From a virus, in the IMG/VR virus record IMGVR_UViG_3300045988_177198: a DNA stretch of 64,000 bases. The stretch is one strand, 5' to 3'. The notes under the pieces were generated by a model, which was not told the origin of the DNA, did no database searches, and was given only the letters and a program-made list of their open reading frames with translations. Positions 9,249 to 19,762 of this stretch are shown here, piece after piece (position 1 is the first letter of the stretch; every line of letters starts with the position of its first letter). A program made the translations under genes and the position numbers.

Positions 9249-12200
9249 TCACTTCATGAACGGCGGTTTGGGTGTCGGCTGTCCTCCGGTCGGCGGTTTC
9301 TTCATGTGAAGATTGCCTACGGAGGGGAAACCTGTCAGGTTTGACGGGTTGGCGTCCACTGGCTGTTTGACGGTCGGTGACGGTGTGGTTGGCGGTTGCA
9401 TTCGAACCGACTGCTGCTGCCTCACCTGAGCTTGTGGCTGCGGTTGAGACTGCTGTCGCGGAGCTTGCGCCTGTACCGAACCCTGCTGTTGCGTCCGACC
9501 GGAATCAACCGTGAATTCTCTACTCGGCTGAATTCCATTCGGATTCATGGCACGTTCCGCACTCGCAGGCATCATATCGCTCGGAAGACCAGTCGTCCTA
9601 GTCCACTCCTCCTGCGCCATCCGCAAATGCTCTTCCGGAGACTGCTGTACCGGATTCTCGCGCATGTATGCCTGTTGCAGTGCATTGTTCACCGATTCAG
9701 GCATCGGAGTCGTGTTTCCGGTCGCGTTCTGCCAAGTGGAGGCGGCGGACACGGCGGCGTCCATCGTTCCGGAGGGTAGGGTCTCACCGACAATCTCACC
9801 TGTCTCAGTGTTGTACACCGGCTGATTGGCATTCATCTCAGGTTGAGCCGTCGCATTCTCGATAGGAGATTGATTGTTTTGGCTTATATACGCTTGGACA
9901 GAATTATCGACTTCACCGGAGGCCACGGCTTCTTGGAAAGCCTGTTCCGCATCCTCTTGAGACATGTGCTGGTTATCCACGAAGTCGGCCATCATTCCCG
10001 CACGTACCTGATTGAACGCTTCGTTCTCTCCCATTCGGGGAGCCTGTTGCGCTCCATCGGAAGTTGGAATCGTTTCGGTCGGCGCCCCATCCGAAGTCGG
10101 CATCGCACTACCGGCTCCATTATCCGAACCGGACGGTGTGGGAACCGGACCACCGGCTCCCCCATTGCCATCACCAGTTCCAGTGAACGGCGACGGCAAC
10201 GGAGCGTCACCGTTAGCCATGTCGATGATTCTCTGAGTGCGGTCGAGTCGCTTCTGCAAAGCGTCATGGCCTAACTGCAATCCCTTCCCACCAGCGTGCG
10301 CGATGCCTTTACCTACTTGTGCGGCACCATGCCACGCGTCACGGTCGGTAGCCAGCTTTCCAGCGGCAATCAATCCCAACGGTGCGGTAATCGGATTGGA
10401 GAACAAAGCTCCGGTGACAGCGGCTTTCGCGGCGACCTTCGCCCCGCGTGCGGCTACGTTACGCAAAGGCGCGCTCTTCGCGGCTCGTGCGGCGAAAGCG
10501 AGACCAGCACCGGCCATTGCGGCTCCGGCTCCGGCGACTCTTGCCGCACCTTGGAGTTTGCGTCCGGCATTGTTCAGATGGTTCATCCTTTGCGCTTTGC
10601 GTTGCACATCGTTGAGGGACATGCCCGGGTGACGTTGGGCGATACTATGGGCGAACGCCTCCGTATTGTCCTCGCCATGGAACTTGGAAACGGCTTTGTT
10701 CAACCGTCCCTTGAACTTGCCCGTGGAATCCTCAAAATGGAGTTTCGCACCGGCAAGACTTCCTCTCACCGTGTTCTTGTCCATTCGTGCCCAGTTCTTG
10801 CTTCCGCGTCCGCGCGTCTGAATCGCCTCGAACTCCTTGGCGTTACGATTCATCAGATTCCTATCGCCCTGACTCAACGAATCCTGTTGCGCGCGGCTCA
10901 TCTTGCTTAGGACGGTCTCGCTTTGACGTGCTCCGTTATGGGCCATGCCAGCGCCGGTACCGTTCGTGGACAAACGTCCGACACCATTGCCGCCACGACG
11001 GAATCCGCCACGCATGGCTTGCATCATACGGTACTGTCCAATCATGTGCATTCCCTTGCGAAGACCGGACGCCATTGCGGTTCCACCCGCCATGCCCATG
11101 AGAGCGTTGACGCTGAACGGATTACCACACTTCAACACTTTCGAACAGAACATGCCGATTGCGGCGAGAGCCAACAGCGGACTCAATCCCGCAATCAACT
11201 GGTAGGTAAACGAACCACTGCTGGCAGAGGTGAACTTCAACGTCAGGCCACAAATGAATGTTGCGAGAGCGCCGAGCGCACCGTACAACGCTCCTACCAT
11301 ACTCAACTGGCAGGTGTACGTCGCCCAGTTCTTCAACGCCTTCTTCGGCTTCTCGCCAATCGGGAACGCTTGGACAAGGAACGTGACCACGAGGAACAAC
11401 GCCATCATTATCATCATGAGCTTCGTCAGTATTAGAACAAGGCTCAACAATCCCCAGACCACAAGATTGACGATGCCTCCGATAAGTGTTCCGCAAGCAC
11501 CCAACGTATCGACGTTGTTGTTGCCATACATGTAGTCGATGGTTTTCTTCGCACCGCCCGTGACAGTGGAATCATCCTGAGCGTCACGAAGATTCGCCTC
11601 ACTCCAAGTTCCGGAAACGTTCGGCACGTCGAAACGCCATCCGACCGTGGCGGAGTCACCCCAGTTTGTGTCGTTCTGCTGGTCTTTATAGGTTCCGTCG
11701 TCCTCCTTGTTGATATCGGTGGAACGGGAGAAGATTACGGAACCCTGTTTGAGAATCGTCTGGCAGACCGAAGTGGTCTGTTGGATGGTTTCGTCTTCAC
11801 TGCCGTTCTGTTTCGCGTCCATCACGCCTTTGCCACCGTTGGTCGGTTTCACATTGTCCAAGTCGTCAATTTTGACACGTACTTTCGTACTGCCGTTCTT
11901 GATGTTCTTGGTTCCCGTGTCACCGAGATTGTTGATGAGTGTCGCCCATCCGGCTCGCGCGTAGATTTCCTGATTGCGTTTCGTGCCACAGGTTTCCCAG
12001 AACACGCCCGCACGGCTGAGATATGTCGCGTTCTCCCTTTCCAACGGCTTGTCGGTGAAGTAAGGATTACGCGGGTCTACCCAACCGTCCACGGAGAACA
12101 ACCATTTGGCTCGCTGGTCGCTGATATGCAACGCCATGGCCTTGTTGGTCAAATCCTTCTGGATGGTCGTGTTCGTGTTGGCTTTCATCTCCAACACGTG

Positions 12201-13205
12201 GCAGTAACCTTGCCGGGCGTTTTCCGCGATACGGAACGAGGATGTTCCGGTGGTCTGCGGGTTTCCGTACTGCATGGTCACGAACGAGCGAAGAGAGGTC
12301 TCCTCCCAAATACGGTTGATGGCCTTGGTGACGTTGCTTGTATCCTGATTGCCGTTGGACTTCGCCTGTTCGTCATACGCCTGATGCATGAAGTACAGGT
12401 AATCCTGACAATTGGTTTTCGCACCGTTCGCCGCATGATGGTAGGACATCATGTTTTTATCACTGTCGGCCATACCGTCAAGGTCGAGGTTGACCGAAAG
12501 CTTGTTGATGGTGTTGTTGATTGTCTGCACGACCCACCATGGGCTTCCGGTCGCCGGTTCTGTGGCGTTCTTCCCGGTCTTGGCCGCTCCAGCTCCAAGC
12601 ATCGTGATTGAAGCGAAGCAGAGAACCATGATGACGATTCGTTTGCTCGCCTCTTTGACGGTGCCTATTTGGAATCCAGCCGCGCCAACCCAAGCCACGA
12701 TGCCGAGCACTGCGATGGTGGCGGGGATACCGCCGTCCATCAGACTCGTCACCATGGTGGACACTGCGGAGTCGATGTTCGCACCAGCCTGTTTCATCGG
12801 TTCGAACGAAGCGGCGAACTGGCTGATGGACAATGCGGAAGACCAGCAGACCTGAGTCAACTGCATCAGAATGTTGGGAAGGACGATATGGGTCTGCGAG
12901 CTGATGGTCTGCTTGACGTTCGAGAACCAACCGGCGACATCGCTGCCACTGTACGGTTCCGTACGCGAAGTGATTTCCCCAACGTAGTTTCCCCAACGTC
13001 CGGAAGGAAGACAACTAGAGATGTCTGATGTAGCACTGTCAGTCCCGCCGTTGGCGCATGTTATCGTCGTGGTCGAATCGTTGACCTGTGCGGCGAACAC
13101 GCTGGACGGCAAGACGAACAATGTCATGACCACGCACAACATCAGAATGACGAGCAGGTTCCTTCTACCCGCCCGTTTCACTGGGTCTCGATATTTTGTA
13201 TTCAA
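9249..13205 (-). CDS. large polytopic membrane protein, VirB6/TrbL-like T4SS component with long Q/P-rich C-terminal tail
   Basis: 1318 aa; signal/TM at N-terminus; cluster of ~6 TM helices at aa ~560-680; Ala/Gly-rich and Gln/Pro-rich low-complexity C-terminus; sits between T4SS ATPase and small membrane proteins. Confidence 0.55.
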   Translation of the reverse strand: MNTKYRDPVKRAGRRNLLVILMLCVVMTLFVLPSSVFAAQVNDSTTTITCANGGTDSATSDISSCLPSGRWGNYVGEITSRTEPYSGSDVAGWFSNVKQTISSQTHIVLPNILMQLTQVCWSSALSISQFAASFEPMKQAGANIDSAVSTMVTSLMDGGIPATIAVLGIVAWVGAAGFQIGTVKEASKRIVIMVLCFASITMLGAGAAKTGKNATEPATGSPWWVVQTINNTINKLSVNLDLDGMADSDKNMMSYHHAANGAKTNCQDYLYFMHQAYDEQAKSNGNQDTSNVTKAINRIWEETSLRSFVTMQYGNPQTTGTSSFRIAENARQGYCHVLEMKANTNTTIQKDLTNKAMALHISDQRAKWLFSVDGWVDPRNPYFTDKPLERENATYLSRAGVFWETCGTKRNQEIYARAGWATLINNLGDTGTKNIKNGSTKVRVKIDDLDNVKPTNGGKGVMDAKQNGSEDETIQQTTSVCQTILKQGSVIFSRSTDINKEDDGTYKDQQNDTNWGDSATVGWRFDVPNVSGTWSEANLRDAQDDSTVTGGAKKTIDYMYGNNNVDTLGACGTLIGGIVNLVVWGLLSLVLILTKLMMIMMALFLVVTFLVQAFPIGEKPKKALKNWATYTCQLSMVGALYGALGALATFICGLTLKFTSASSGSFTYQLIAGLSPLLALAAIGMFCSKVLKCGNPFSVNALMGMAGGTAMASGLRKGMHMIGQYRMMQAMRGGFRRGGNGVGRLSTNGTGAGMAHNGARQSETVLSKMSRAQQDSLSQGDRNLMNRNAKEFEAIQTRGRGSKNWARMDKNTVRGSLAGAKLHFEDSTGKFKGRLNKAVSKFHGEDNTEAFAHSIAQRHPGMSLNDVQRKAQRMNHLNNAGRKLQGAARVAGAGAAMAGAGLAFAARAAKSAPLRNVAARGAKVAAKAAVTGALFSNPITAPLGLIAAGKLATDRDAWHGAAQVGKGIAHAGGKGLQLGHDALQKRLDRTQRIIDMANGDAPLPSPFTGTGDGNGGAGGPVPTPSGSDNGAGSAMPTSDGAPTETIPTSDGAQQAPRMGENEAFNQVRAGMMADFVDNQHMSQEDAEQAFQEAVASGEVDNSVQAYISQNNQSPIENATAQPEMNANQPVYNTETGEIVGETLPSGTMDAAVSAASTWQNATGNTTPMPESVNNALQQAYMRENPVQQSPEEHLRMAQEEWTRTTGLPSDMMPASAERAMNPNGIQPSREFTVDSGRTQQQGSVQAQAPRQQSQPQPQAQVRQQQSVRMQPPTTPSPTVKQPVDANPSNLTGFPSVGNLHMKKPPTGGQPTPKPPFMK

Positions 13206-13624
13206 CGGATTTCCATTTCTTGAAGGTCGATAATGTTTTCCGGCTGAGTGGAATTCGGGTAGAAGACCTGCCCTTCAATCTTGCGGCTCTTCATATCCTG
13301 CAAGGTTCTCTTCCACCGTGTCTGTTGGGTGCGGTCTCTAATGGTGCCGACTGCGAAGAACGGAGCCAGTATTCCGCCCAACAGTACGAAGAACGAGCTG
13401 AACATGTATCCGAGCAACGGGGCGAATATGAGGCAAAGAGCCAAGCCCGCCAATGCGCCGACGATAACGGAGAACACGGTTTTGGAACGGGCCTCAGTGT
13501 TCTTGGTTATCTGGAACGTGTTCTTCCGTTCGATTTCCTCCGGGCCGGACACTTCCGTGATGTCGTCCATCGTCAACCTCGGATGCAAGGGACCTTTGTA
13601 TCCTTCGTCTTCCTCATCGCTCAT
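13202..13624 (-). CDS. small membrane protein (VirB3-like?)
   Basis: 140 aa, two adjacent TM helices; 4-nt overlap with downstream gene. Confidence 0.4.
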   Translation of the reverse strand: MSDEEDEGYKGPLHPRLTMDDITEVSGPEEIERKNTFQITKNTEARSKTVFSVIVGALAGLALCLIFAPLLGYMFSSFFVLLGGILAPFFAVGTIRDRTQQTRWKRTLQDMKSRKIEGQVFYPNSTQPENIIDLQEMEIR

Positions 13625-13729
13625 GATTCAACTCTTTTCGTACGTAAGGTTCTTAAAAGAAAACCGGAGTGGGAACAGAACCGGAAAGGTCCTCTTCGCA
13701 TATCCACTCCGGTTTTCCCTCTGCGGATG

Positions 13730-14074
13730 TCAGATTCCCAGATAGGTCTTTCCACTGCCGCCAACCGAGTCAACGAACCAGTCAAACAACTTAAGAATTG
13801 CCGGAATGGTGATGGTCGGGCCAGCGAGAATGAATCCGACTGCGAGGACGACGAGAATACGTCCGATGTTCGGGCAGAACATCTGCACGAGCTTGTTTTG
13901 GCGTCCCAACGCCTTGCAAATGCCACCGGCGATAAGGCCGAGTGCGAGAAGCACTGCTGCGGCAAGACCGATGTTGATCAACACGGTTCCCGCGCTACTG
14001 CTCAAAATGGTGTCGAACATCTTATGATAGGTGCTCTCAAGGCTGTTTCCAGCCAAGGTAATGGTTCCACCCAT
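13730..14074 (-). CDS. small membrane protein (VirB2/pilin-like?)
   Basis: 114 aa with 2-3 hydrophobic helices. Confidence 0.4.
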   Translation of the reverse strand: MGGTITLAGNSLESTYHKMFDTILSSSAGTVLINIGLAAAVLLALGLIAGGICKALGRQNKLVQMFCPNIGRILVVLAVGFILAGPTITIPAILKLFDWFVDSVGGSGKTYLGI

Positions 14075-14240
14075 TTTTTGAGTTCCCTTTCGTTTTCCAA
14101 ACGGAACTCTCCTGCATTTTTCATCCTATCAACCTACGCGGTTGTTTCCAGCCATAGCGAGGTTTTTAGGTATAAAAAATCCGTCCGGAAGTTGAAAGTT
14201 CCGAACGGATTTTGAAAAGCGATATGATGAACGCTAAAAG

Positions 14241-16901
14241 CTAGTCATCATCGTCCATGTCACCATTGCGATAACCGTTATCGAAATCGTTCACATGAAC
14301 AAGGAATGTCGGTTGCAACTGTTCTTGGGTTCGAGTGCGAACAGCCGCCGCATAACGTGGAAGATTCATGACCGCGCCCGAACGCCAACCATCCTCACCG
14401 TCATTGTTTGTCAAACGTTTCGCCGTCATATCGGCAATACGCGGAATCGTCGTATTGTATGTGATGAACGTCGAATAGCCGATGAACGAATCCAACATCG
14501 CGTCGGACAACTGGGTCGGATACTGGGTGGCGAACACGAGAAGAAGACCGAACGAACGACCCTGCTCACGCAACGCGGGCATGATACCGTCATTGCCGTT
14601 AGCCAACAAGCTCAACTCGTCACACACGAGCATCGTCCACTTGCCAGCCTTATCCCAATCCTTGCAATGCGCGAACACCGTATTCCAGAAACGGTACATG
14701 AGCCAGCCGCCGAGAATCTTATCCATACGTTCCGGCAACGAATAACCATTATGAGGTGCGAGCACAATGTGATAATCGCCAGCATGGTCGAGAATGTTCG
14801 TCCAAGTCACTCTGCCACGACGTGCCGTGAACATGTGTTCGATGGGAAGGAACTGATTCACCTTGTTCAACGAGGCGTTCGTCTTGGCGAGAATGTCACG
14901 GTCGGAACGAACCGTATGACCAGCCGCGTCCGGACGGCCATACAATTGCTCGGCGGCACGGGCGGCATACGTCATCTCCTCGAACATGTAGCCACTCTTC
15001 AATTCCATACTCAACGCGCGGCACACATGACCCAACGCTTTCGCGGAACCGGCCTGACCGTCGGAACCGCATAATGCGACGACGGCCCATCCGATTGGAC
15101 TCAACTGCATTCGCAACTGTTCCGCACCCGGATACGATTGTTCGAGCTGATGGCAACGTTTCACAATCTCGCTTTCCCAATCCTTGTTCGCGGATTCGGG
15201 ATTATGCTTGCGTTCCTCCTGCACGTAACGGTCAACCGCCACGCCGATGGTCAACGCTTGGGTGATGATGTTCTGCGAGTCGTTCAGAATATCACCGTCA
15301 TCGAACGAGTAACGCATGGTCTTCGCCACGCTCGCCGCAGTCTCCATCGCATTATTCCCGTCCTTCATGCCGAGCATGTCCAAGCACACACTGTTCGGGT
15401 CGGCCAAATAGACGACGCGTTGCGGACTGGTGAAAACGTGACGTTTGCGATAACGTTCCAACACGTTAACACCGGTATCATCCTTCATCCAAAAATGGAT
15501 GATACGGGAGTCGCGCCCCCAGATTTTCGGACTGGTGGTCTCGCGTGCGCTGATGGCCCACTGGCTGATGCCATGGGTGAGCACGGTCTTACCGGAACCG
15601 GCCTCGCCGTTGATGGCGATACCGCCGAACAATTGCGACGGGTCAAGATAACAGTTACGTCCCGTATCATCCTTCCCAAGGAAGATGCCATCATGCGACA
15701 ATACTTCCGGAACGGGATGCAATTCCTGTTTCATCGCCACTCCCTGAGTGACCGGAGTGAACACGGAGCTTACGATAATCGGAGGAAGAATCAACGTGGT
15801 ACGTTGCGCACCATAAGCCGACACGCGCTCCTTATGCGTGCGCACGCCAAGACGGGTCTGATTATCGGACTCGTTCGCGCCACGGTCGTTCGCAATCGCA
15901 TAATATCTTCGTGGCGTTTGGAAAATGTCATCCCACAACGTCCAGTTCTTCCAACGGATGAACGCGAATACAAGAAGAGGAACGAAAAGAATCGGAATGA
16001 ATGTCGGGAGCGGAAGCAACCCCAACAGCAGGTAAAGCATGAGCGCCACCGCGCCACCGGCAATCTGAGGTCTTGGAATGTAAACGAACGGAATGCACGA
16101 CAACAGCATGAGGAACAGGAACACGACCAACGTCACAGCAAGCAACGGAAGCGCGATTCCGAAACCCCAAGCGGAATGGAACAATGGGAAAATCCCATCC
16201 ATCACGTATCCTCTTGCAAGACCGCACACACTCCAAATCACGGACAACACTTCCAACAGCATGGTGACGAACAGCAACCCGAATTTCGGACGGCTCGCAT
16301 GACTGGACATGTTGGATATGAGCGGGCAGATGATTTGACCAATCTTCTGCGCAAGCTGTCGGTTACGCGAAGCCTGACGGCAACCGAAACTCACACGGGC
16401 GCACATCGTGTTGGTCGAAGCGAGTTCGCTTGAATCCTCCACCGCATTGTATTCGTCGCTAATCCAATTGCGAATACGAATCTGCTCGAAGTATCCCTGA
16501 TTGCGAAGGGTGATGCTCACGTAACTGTCCGGCGGCATGACCTTCTCGATACTTGTACGAACACCGGAATAGTTCGTCCGCATTTTCTCCATGTTGCTTT
16601 TCGAGTTCAACCGGGCGCGGAATGGTACAAGAGGATGTGCCGCACTGTTCACGCCATCCGGCAACACCGGCCCGTCGTCGTCTTCGACCAATTTCGCATC
16701 GAATCCAGCCAACTGTCCGGCGTTGATGATTCCCTCGCCGTCGCCGTAAATGTATTCCTTGACCGGCTCCTCGCCCTTCTTGATGAGGAGAAGGGTGCAA
16801 CCATCCAGTTCGGCTGGAATGCTTTCCATTTTCGAACGTTGCTCGTCCGCGTCAAGCTGTTGCAATGTTCTGGTTATCTGATACCAGTTCGGATTACCCA
16901 T
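14241..16901 (-). CDS. T4SS P-loop ATPase (VirB4/TrsE-like or VirD4-type coupling protein) with internal membrane domain
   Basis: 886 aa; ~190-aa N-domain, then ~5 TM helices (aa ~200-330), Walker A 'GEAGSGKT', Walker B 'MLVCDELS', 'FATQYPTQL' motif. Confidence 0.7.
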   Translation of the reverse strand: MGNPNWYQITRTLQQLDADEQRSKMESIPAELDGCTLLLIKKGEEPVKEYIYGDGEGIINAGQLAGFDAKLVEDDDGPVLPDGVNSAAHPLVPFRARLNSKSNMEKMRTNYSGVRTSIEKVMPPDSYVSITLRNQGYFEQIRIRNWISDEYNAVEDSSELASTNTMCARVSFGCRQASRNRQLAQKIGQIICPLISNMSSHASRPKFGLLFVTMLLEVLSVIWSVCGLARGYVMDGIFPLFHSAWGFGIALPLLAVTLVVFLFLMLLSCIPFVYIPRPQIAGGAVALMLYLLLGLLPLPTFIPILFVPLLVFAFIRWKNWTLWDDIFQTPRRYYAIANDRGANESDNQTRLGVRTHKERVSAYGAQRTTLILPPIIVSSVFTPVTQGVAMKQELHPVPEVLSHDGIFLGKDDTGRNCYLDPSQLFGGIAINGEAGSGKTVLTHGISQWAISARETTSPKIWGRDSRIIHFWMKDDTGVNVLERYRKRHVFTSPQRVVYLADPNSVCLDMLGMKDGNNAMETAASVAKTMRYSFDDGDILNDSQNIITQALTIGVAVDRYVQEERKHNPESANKDWESEIVKRCHQLEQSYPGAEQLRMQLSPIGWAVVALCGSDGQAGSAKALGHVCRALSMELKSGYMFEEMTYAARAAEQLYGRPDAAGHTVRSDRDILAKTNASLNKVNQFLPIEHMFTARRGRVTWTNILDHAGDYHIVLAPHNGYSLPERMDKILGGWLMYRFWNTVFAHCKDWDKAGKWTMLVCDELSLLANGNDGIMPALREQGRSFGLLLVFATQYPTQLSDAMLDSFIGYSTFITYNTTIPRIADMTAKRLTNNDGEDGWRSGAVMNLPRYAAAVRTRTQEQLQPTFLVHVNDFDNGYRNGDMDDDD

Positions 16902-16927
16902 GTTTTACCTTCCTTTCCTTTTTTTGT

Positions 16928-17404
16928 TTAATCATTCGTGCTCTGCTGATACAACTGCGCGTATGGAAAACCTTCCGGCTTCTGGAAAGTGGAAAGCTTC
17001 TCACGTAACGACAATTGGAGAAGCCATGTAGTCATCCGGACGGTTTTCTCCTTCGACTCCAAAGCCCAACCCAATGTCACGTAACCATCGTTCACACTCG
17101 AATCATCGTTGATGGTTTCACGCATGACGCGGATTGTTTTGTTCGCAATCCGCCGGGAAGTGTTGAACATTATCGAATCCAACTGCCAGAGTCGTATCTT
17201 CCGTAATGCGGGAACACGTTGCATGTTCGCCATCAGAAACGGAATGACCAAATGTCTACGTCCCGTCTCACATAATGTCTGAACCTGTTGCAAAGCCCGC
17301 GCACGTTCCAATCTTGCTACATCCAACGCGTCCTGCGTCTGTTGGAATGATTCCTCAGTGGAGACCATCGCAATCCTTTCCAATGAAACCGTAGAAACCG
17401 CCAC
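16928..17404 (-). CDS. hypothetical protein
   Basis: 158-aa ORF; overlaps upstream gene 3' end by 50 nt. Confidence 0.35.
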   Translation of the reverse strand: MAVSTVSLERIAMVSTEESFQQTQDALDVARLERARALQQVQTLCETGRRHLVIPFLMANMQRVPALRKIRLWQLDSIMFNTSRRIANKTIRVMRETINDDSSVNDGYVTLGWALESKEKTVRMTTWLLQLSLREKLSTFQKPEGFPYAQLYQQSTND

Positions 17405-18551
17405 GGTACGCTTCCGGCATCGTCCAACCGGAAACGTCCCAACCCCAATCCTTTTTGATGATGTCCCGCGTCACGTCCCAACCCCATTCGCTGACTTTGC
17501 GAACGTCACGAACCTGCGGAGTGTATTGCACCCACTCGTCGGAGAAAATGTTGCGCCGTGTTCCACTCATGTCCGTATATTCACCGAACCTGTCGGTCGG
17601 CATCCCATGCTCGAACCATTCATCCCAAACCGCGACTCCCATTCGTTGCGACACGGTCGGATTGCCCACGACCATTTCCGTCATGCCTTGCGTGCGTTGT
17701 ATCACCGCATTGAACGATTCGTAACCTTCGTTCGCCTTCGGTATCTGCAACCATACGCAGATGAGTCCGCGACGTTTCATCGGAGAGTAGGCGAGCATCT
17801 TCGCCCAGTTCTGCATCTTCTTATCCAATTCGCTGTTGGACGTTTGGATTTCGATACCCGCCAACACATTGTTCCGGCACAACGTCACCACATCGGTAGC
17901 GCAAGCCTTGCCAACCTTCGACTCGGCAACAGCCTGTGGGTCAACGCTACGGAATTTCCCCCAACCATCACCGGATGAAAATTTCACACGTGAATCGCGT
18001 GCCAACATCAATCCCGCGTGCGCCGCATAAGTGTTATGCCGAACATGGAAACGATTCCCCGCGTAATAGGAAACCGCCATCGTCTCACGCATCCACTTTT
18101 CCATCCCGTACAATTTCATCGCACGGTTGATAAGACGTGGACTGTTCGACGGTGAAAGCCAAACATGATTCACGGTCTGACCGTACAATCGTTCCGCCTG
18201 ACTGAAACCGACGTTGATGATTCCCAAACGGTTCATCGCACCATACAGGTTCGGTTCGTCACGTTCGAAAGCGGGAGCGCCTTTGATGGAAAGTCCCGCA
18301 CGTAGTTGGTCAACCGTGCATGTCTTCCACGTGAACAATGCTCCGAGGATACTCGAAACGAGTTCGCTGTTCGCTTTCACCATTGTCTCCGCGAACAGTT
18401 TGTTCGCAACGAACCACGGGTGGGTCTGCGCGAACAATCCGGGATGCTCCATCTCGAACATGTCGTTGCCTTTATACCAGTCGGCAATGCTTCCGGTCTT
18501 CCAAAGATTCTCGTCGTTCGGGTCGAAAAGAAAACGGTCATCGAATGTCAC
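17355..18551 (-). CDS. hypothetical protein (Trp-rich, soluble)
   Basis: 398-aa ORF, 4-nt overlap with upstream ATPase gene; no relaxase motif recognised. Confidence 0.5.
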   Translation of the reverse strand: MTFDDRFLFDPNDENLWKTGSIADWYKGNDMFEMEHPGLFAQTHPWFVANKLFAETMVKANSELVSSILGALFTWKTCTVDQLRAGLSIKGAPAFERDEPNLYGAMNRLGIINVGFSQAERLYGQTVNHVWLSPSNSPRLINRAMKLYGMEKWMRETMAVSYYAGNRFHVRHNTYAAHAGLMLARDSRVKFSSGDGWGKFRSVDPQAVAESKVGKACATDVVTLCRNNVLAGIEIQTSNSELDKKMQNWAKMLAYSPMKRRGLICVWLQIPKANEGYESFNAVIQRTQGMTEMVVGNPTVSQRMGVAVWDEWFEHGMPTDRFGEYTDMSGTRRNIFSDEWVQYTPQVRDVRKVSEWGWDVTRDIIKKDWGWDVSGWTMPEAYRGGFYGFIGKDCDGLH

Positions 18552-19762
18552 TTACGCCCACGACCTTTCTTTCCTTCACTGTTCTTAGCGTTCGGATTGA
18601 ATCTTTCCGGATTAAAACCACGGTCGGGCAAAGCCCAGTTAAGAATGTTCTCCCTAGCAAAAGCAAGACCGGGGTCATCCCATCTGACATCACCGTTGGC
18701 GATATGGTTGCTTGCCTCGACCGTCTGATATTCGGTTCCGAGAAACGTTCCGTATCTCGTATAGTCGAGTCGCCTGTAACCTTGCAATCCGACCGGAACA
18801 GTGTCCTTGATGCCGATGAGTTCCTTCGGAAGATGATGCTCAGCCAAGGCCGTCAGCAGATTCAACGCGTCTATCTGCGTCTGCCTTCCAGCCTTGACGA
18901 TAACCAGACAAGGGTCTCCCGATTGAATGTATGGAAGCAGTAAACCGTTGGCGATATTCTCCCTATCATCCAAATCGTCCGCGCTGATTCGGTCAAGGTC
19001 GAGCACGACGAAATCCCACAGTCGGCGTGCCGCTTGGATGTACTGACGGTATATCTGCCAGTCCACTCCGACGCCCGCTGGAGGTGCGAAACAGATATCG
19101 TATGGAACCCCAAGGTCACGTCCTCGATTGGCTCCAACCTGCACCTGCATGCCCGGTCGCCAGTCGGCTATCGTATGCAATGGCTTGTCCTGTCTCGGGT
19201 CAAAAAAACTACGTTGGCTGGACTGCCGGATGTTCCCGTCGATGAGTAGAACACGCAATCCGGCTTGCGACGCACGGTCTGCCAACTGTCGGCTGGACGT
19301 GGTCTTCCCCACTCCTCCGGTGTTGGATGTGATGGGTAGGAGAACCGCAGTCTCCTTCACTTTGTTTTGGAGGATATCGACTACGAGACGCTTGTCCGCA
19401 AGCTGGATTCCCCAATAAGTCCGTGCGAAATCAGCCACGCTCATGCGTAACATCTGTTCGCTCATGCCCATGGCTCCGACCGGTATCTGACCGGTGTTGC
19501 ACCAGTAGACCATGTATCCGGCGTTGGCTATCGGAAGCCAGTTTCCAGCCCTGTCGGTGAAGATGATTCCTTTGAACCCGGAGGGCACCGGATGTCTTAT
19601 CAGATAGTCGGCCTGTGCTTGAATATTGTCTGCGGCGGGCACCTGCCAACGCATGTTTCCGGCTCTCGTAAGGGCCTTTTTGATGGTTGTGAGTAGCCCT
19701 CCGGAGCCGATTATCAGGGAAATCGTTCGTTTTTCCAATAAGACCGCCTCCTGATGGGTCAT
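18548..19762 (-). CDS. ParA/MinD-superfamily ATPase with N-terminal extra domain (CpaE/TadZ-like architecture)
   Basis: Deviant Walker A 'ITSNTGGVGKTT' at aa ~145 preceded by ~130-aa domain; first gene of leftward operon. Confidence 0.6.
   Translation of the reverse strand: MTHQEAVLLEKRTISLIIGSGGLLTTIKKALTRAGNMRWQVPAADNIQAQADYLIRHPVPSGFKGIIFTDRAGNWLPIANAGYMVYWCNTGQIPVGAMGMSEQMLRMSVADFARTYWGIQLADKRLVVDILQNKVKETAVLLPITSNTGGVGKTTSSRQLADRASQAGLRVLLIDGNIRQSSQRSFFDPRQDKPLHTIADWRPGMQVQVGANRGRDLGVPYDICFAPPAGVGVDWQIYRQYIQAARRLWDFVVLDLDRISADDLDDRENIANGLLLPYIQSGDPCLVIVKAGRQTQIDALNLLTALAEHHLPKELIGIKDTVPVGLQGYRRLDYTRYGTFLGTEYQTVEASNHIANGDVRWDDPGLAFARENILNWALPDRGFNPERFNPNAKNSEGKKGRGRK

Noticed and set aside
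15138-16433. 431-aa plus-strand ORF antisense to the T4SS ATPase
   Set aside because: Antisense artefact; the ATPase on the minus strand has Walker motifs and TM block
17355-18551. Relaxase call for the 398-aa Trp-rich protein
   Set aside because: No HUH/3-His or MOB-family Tyr motif recognisable by eye; kept as hypothetical
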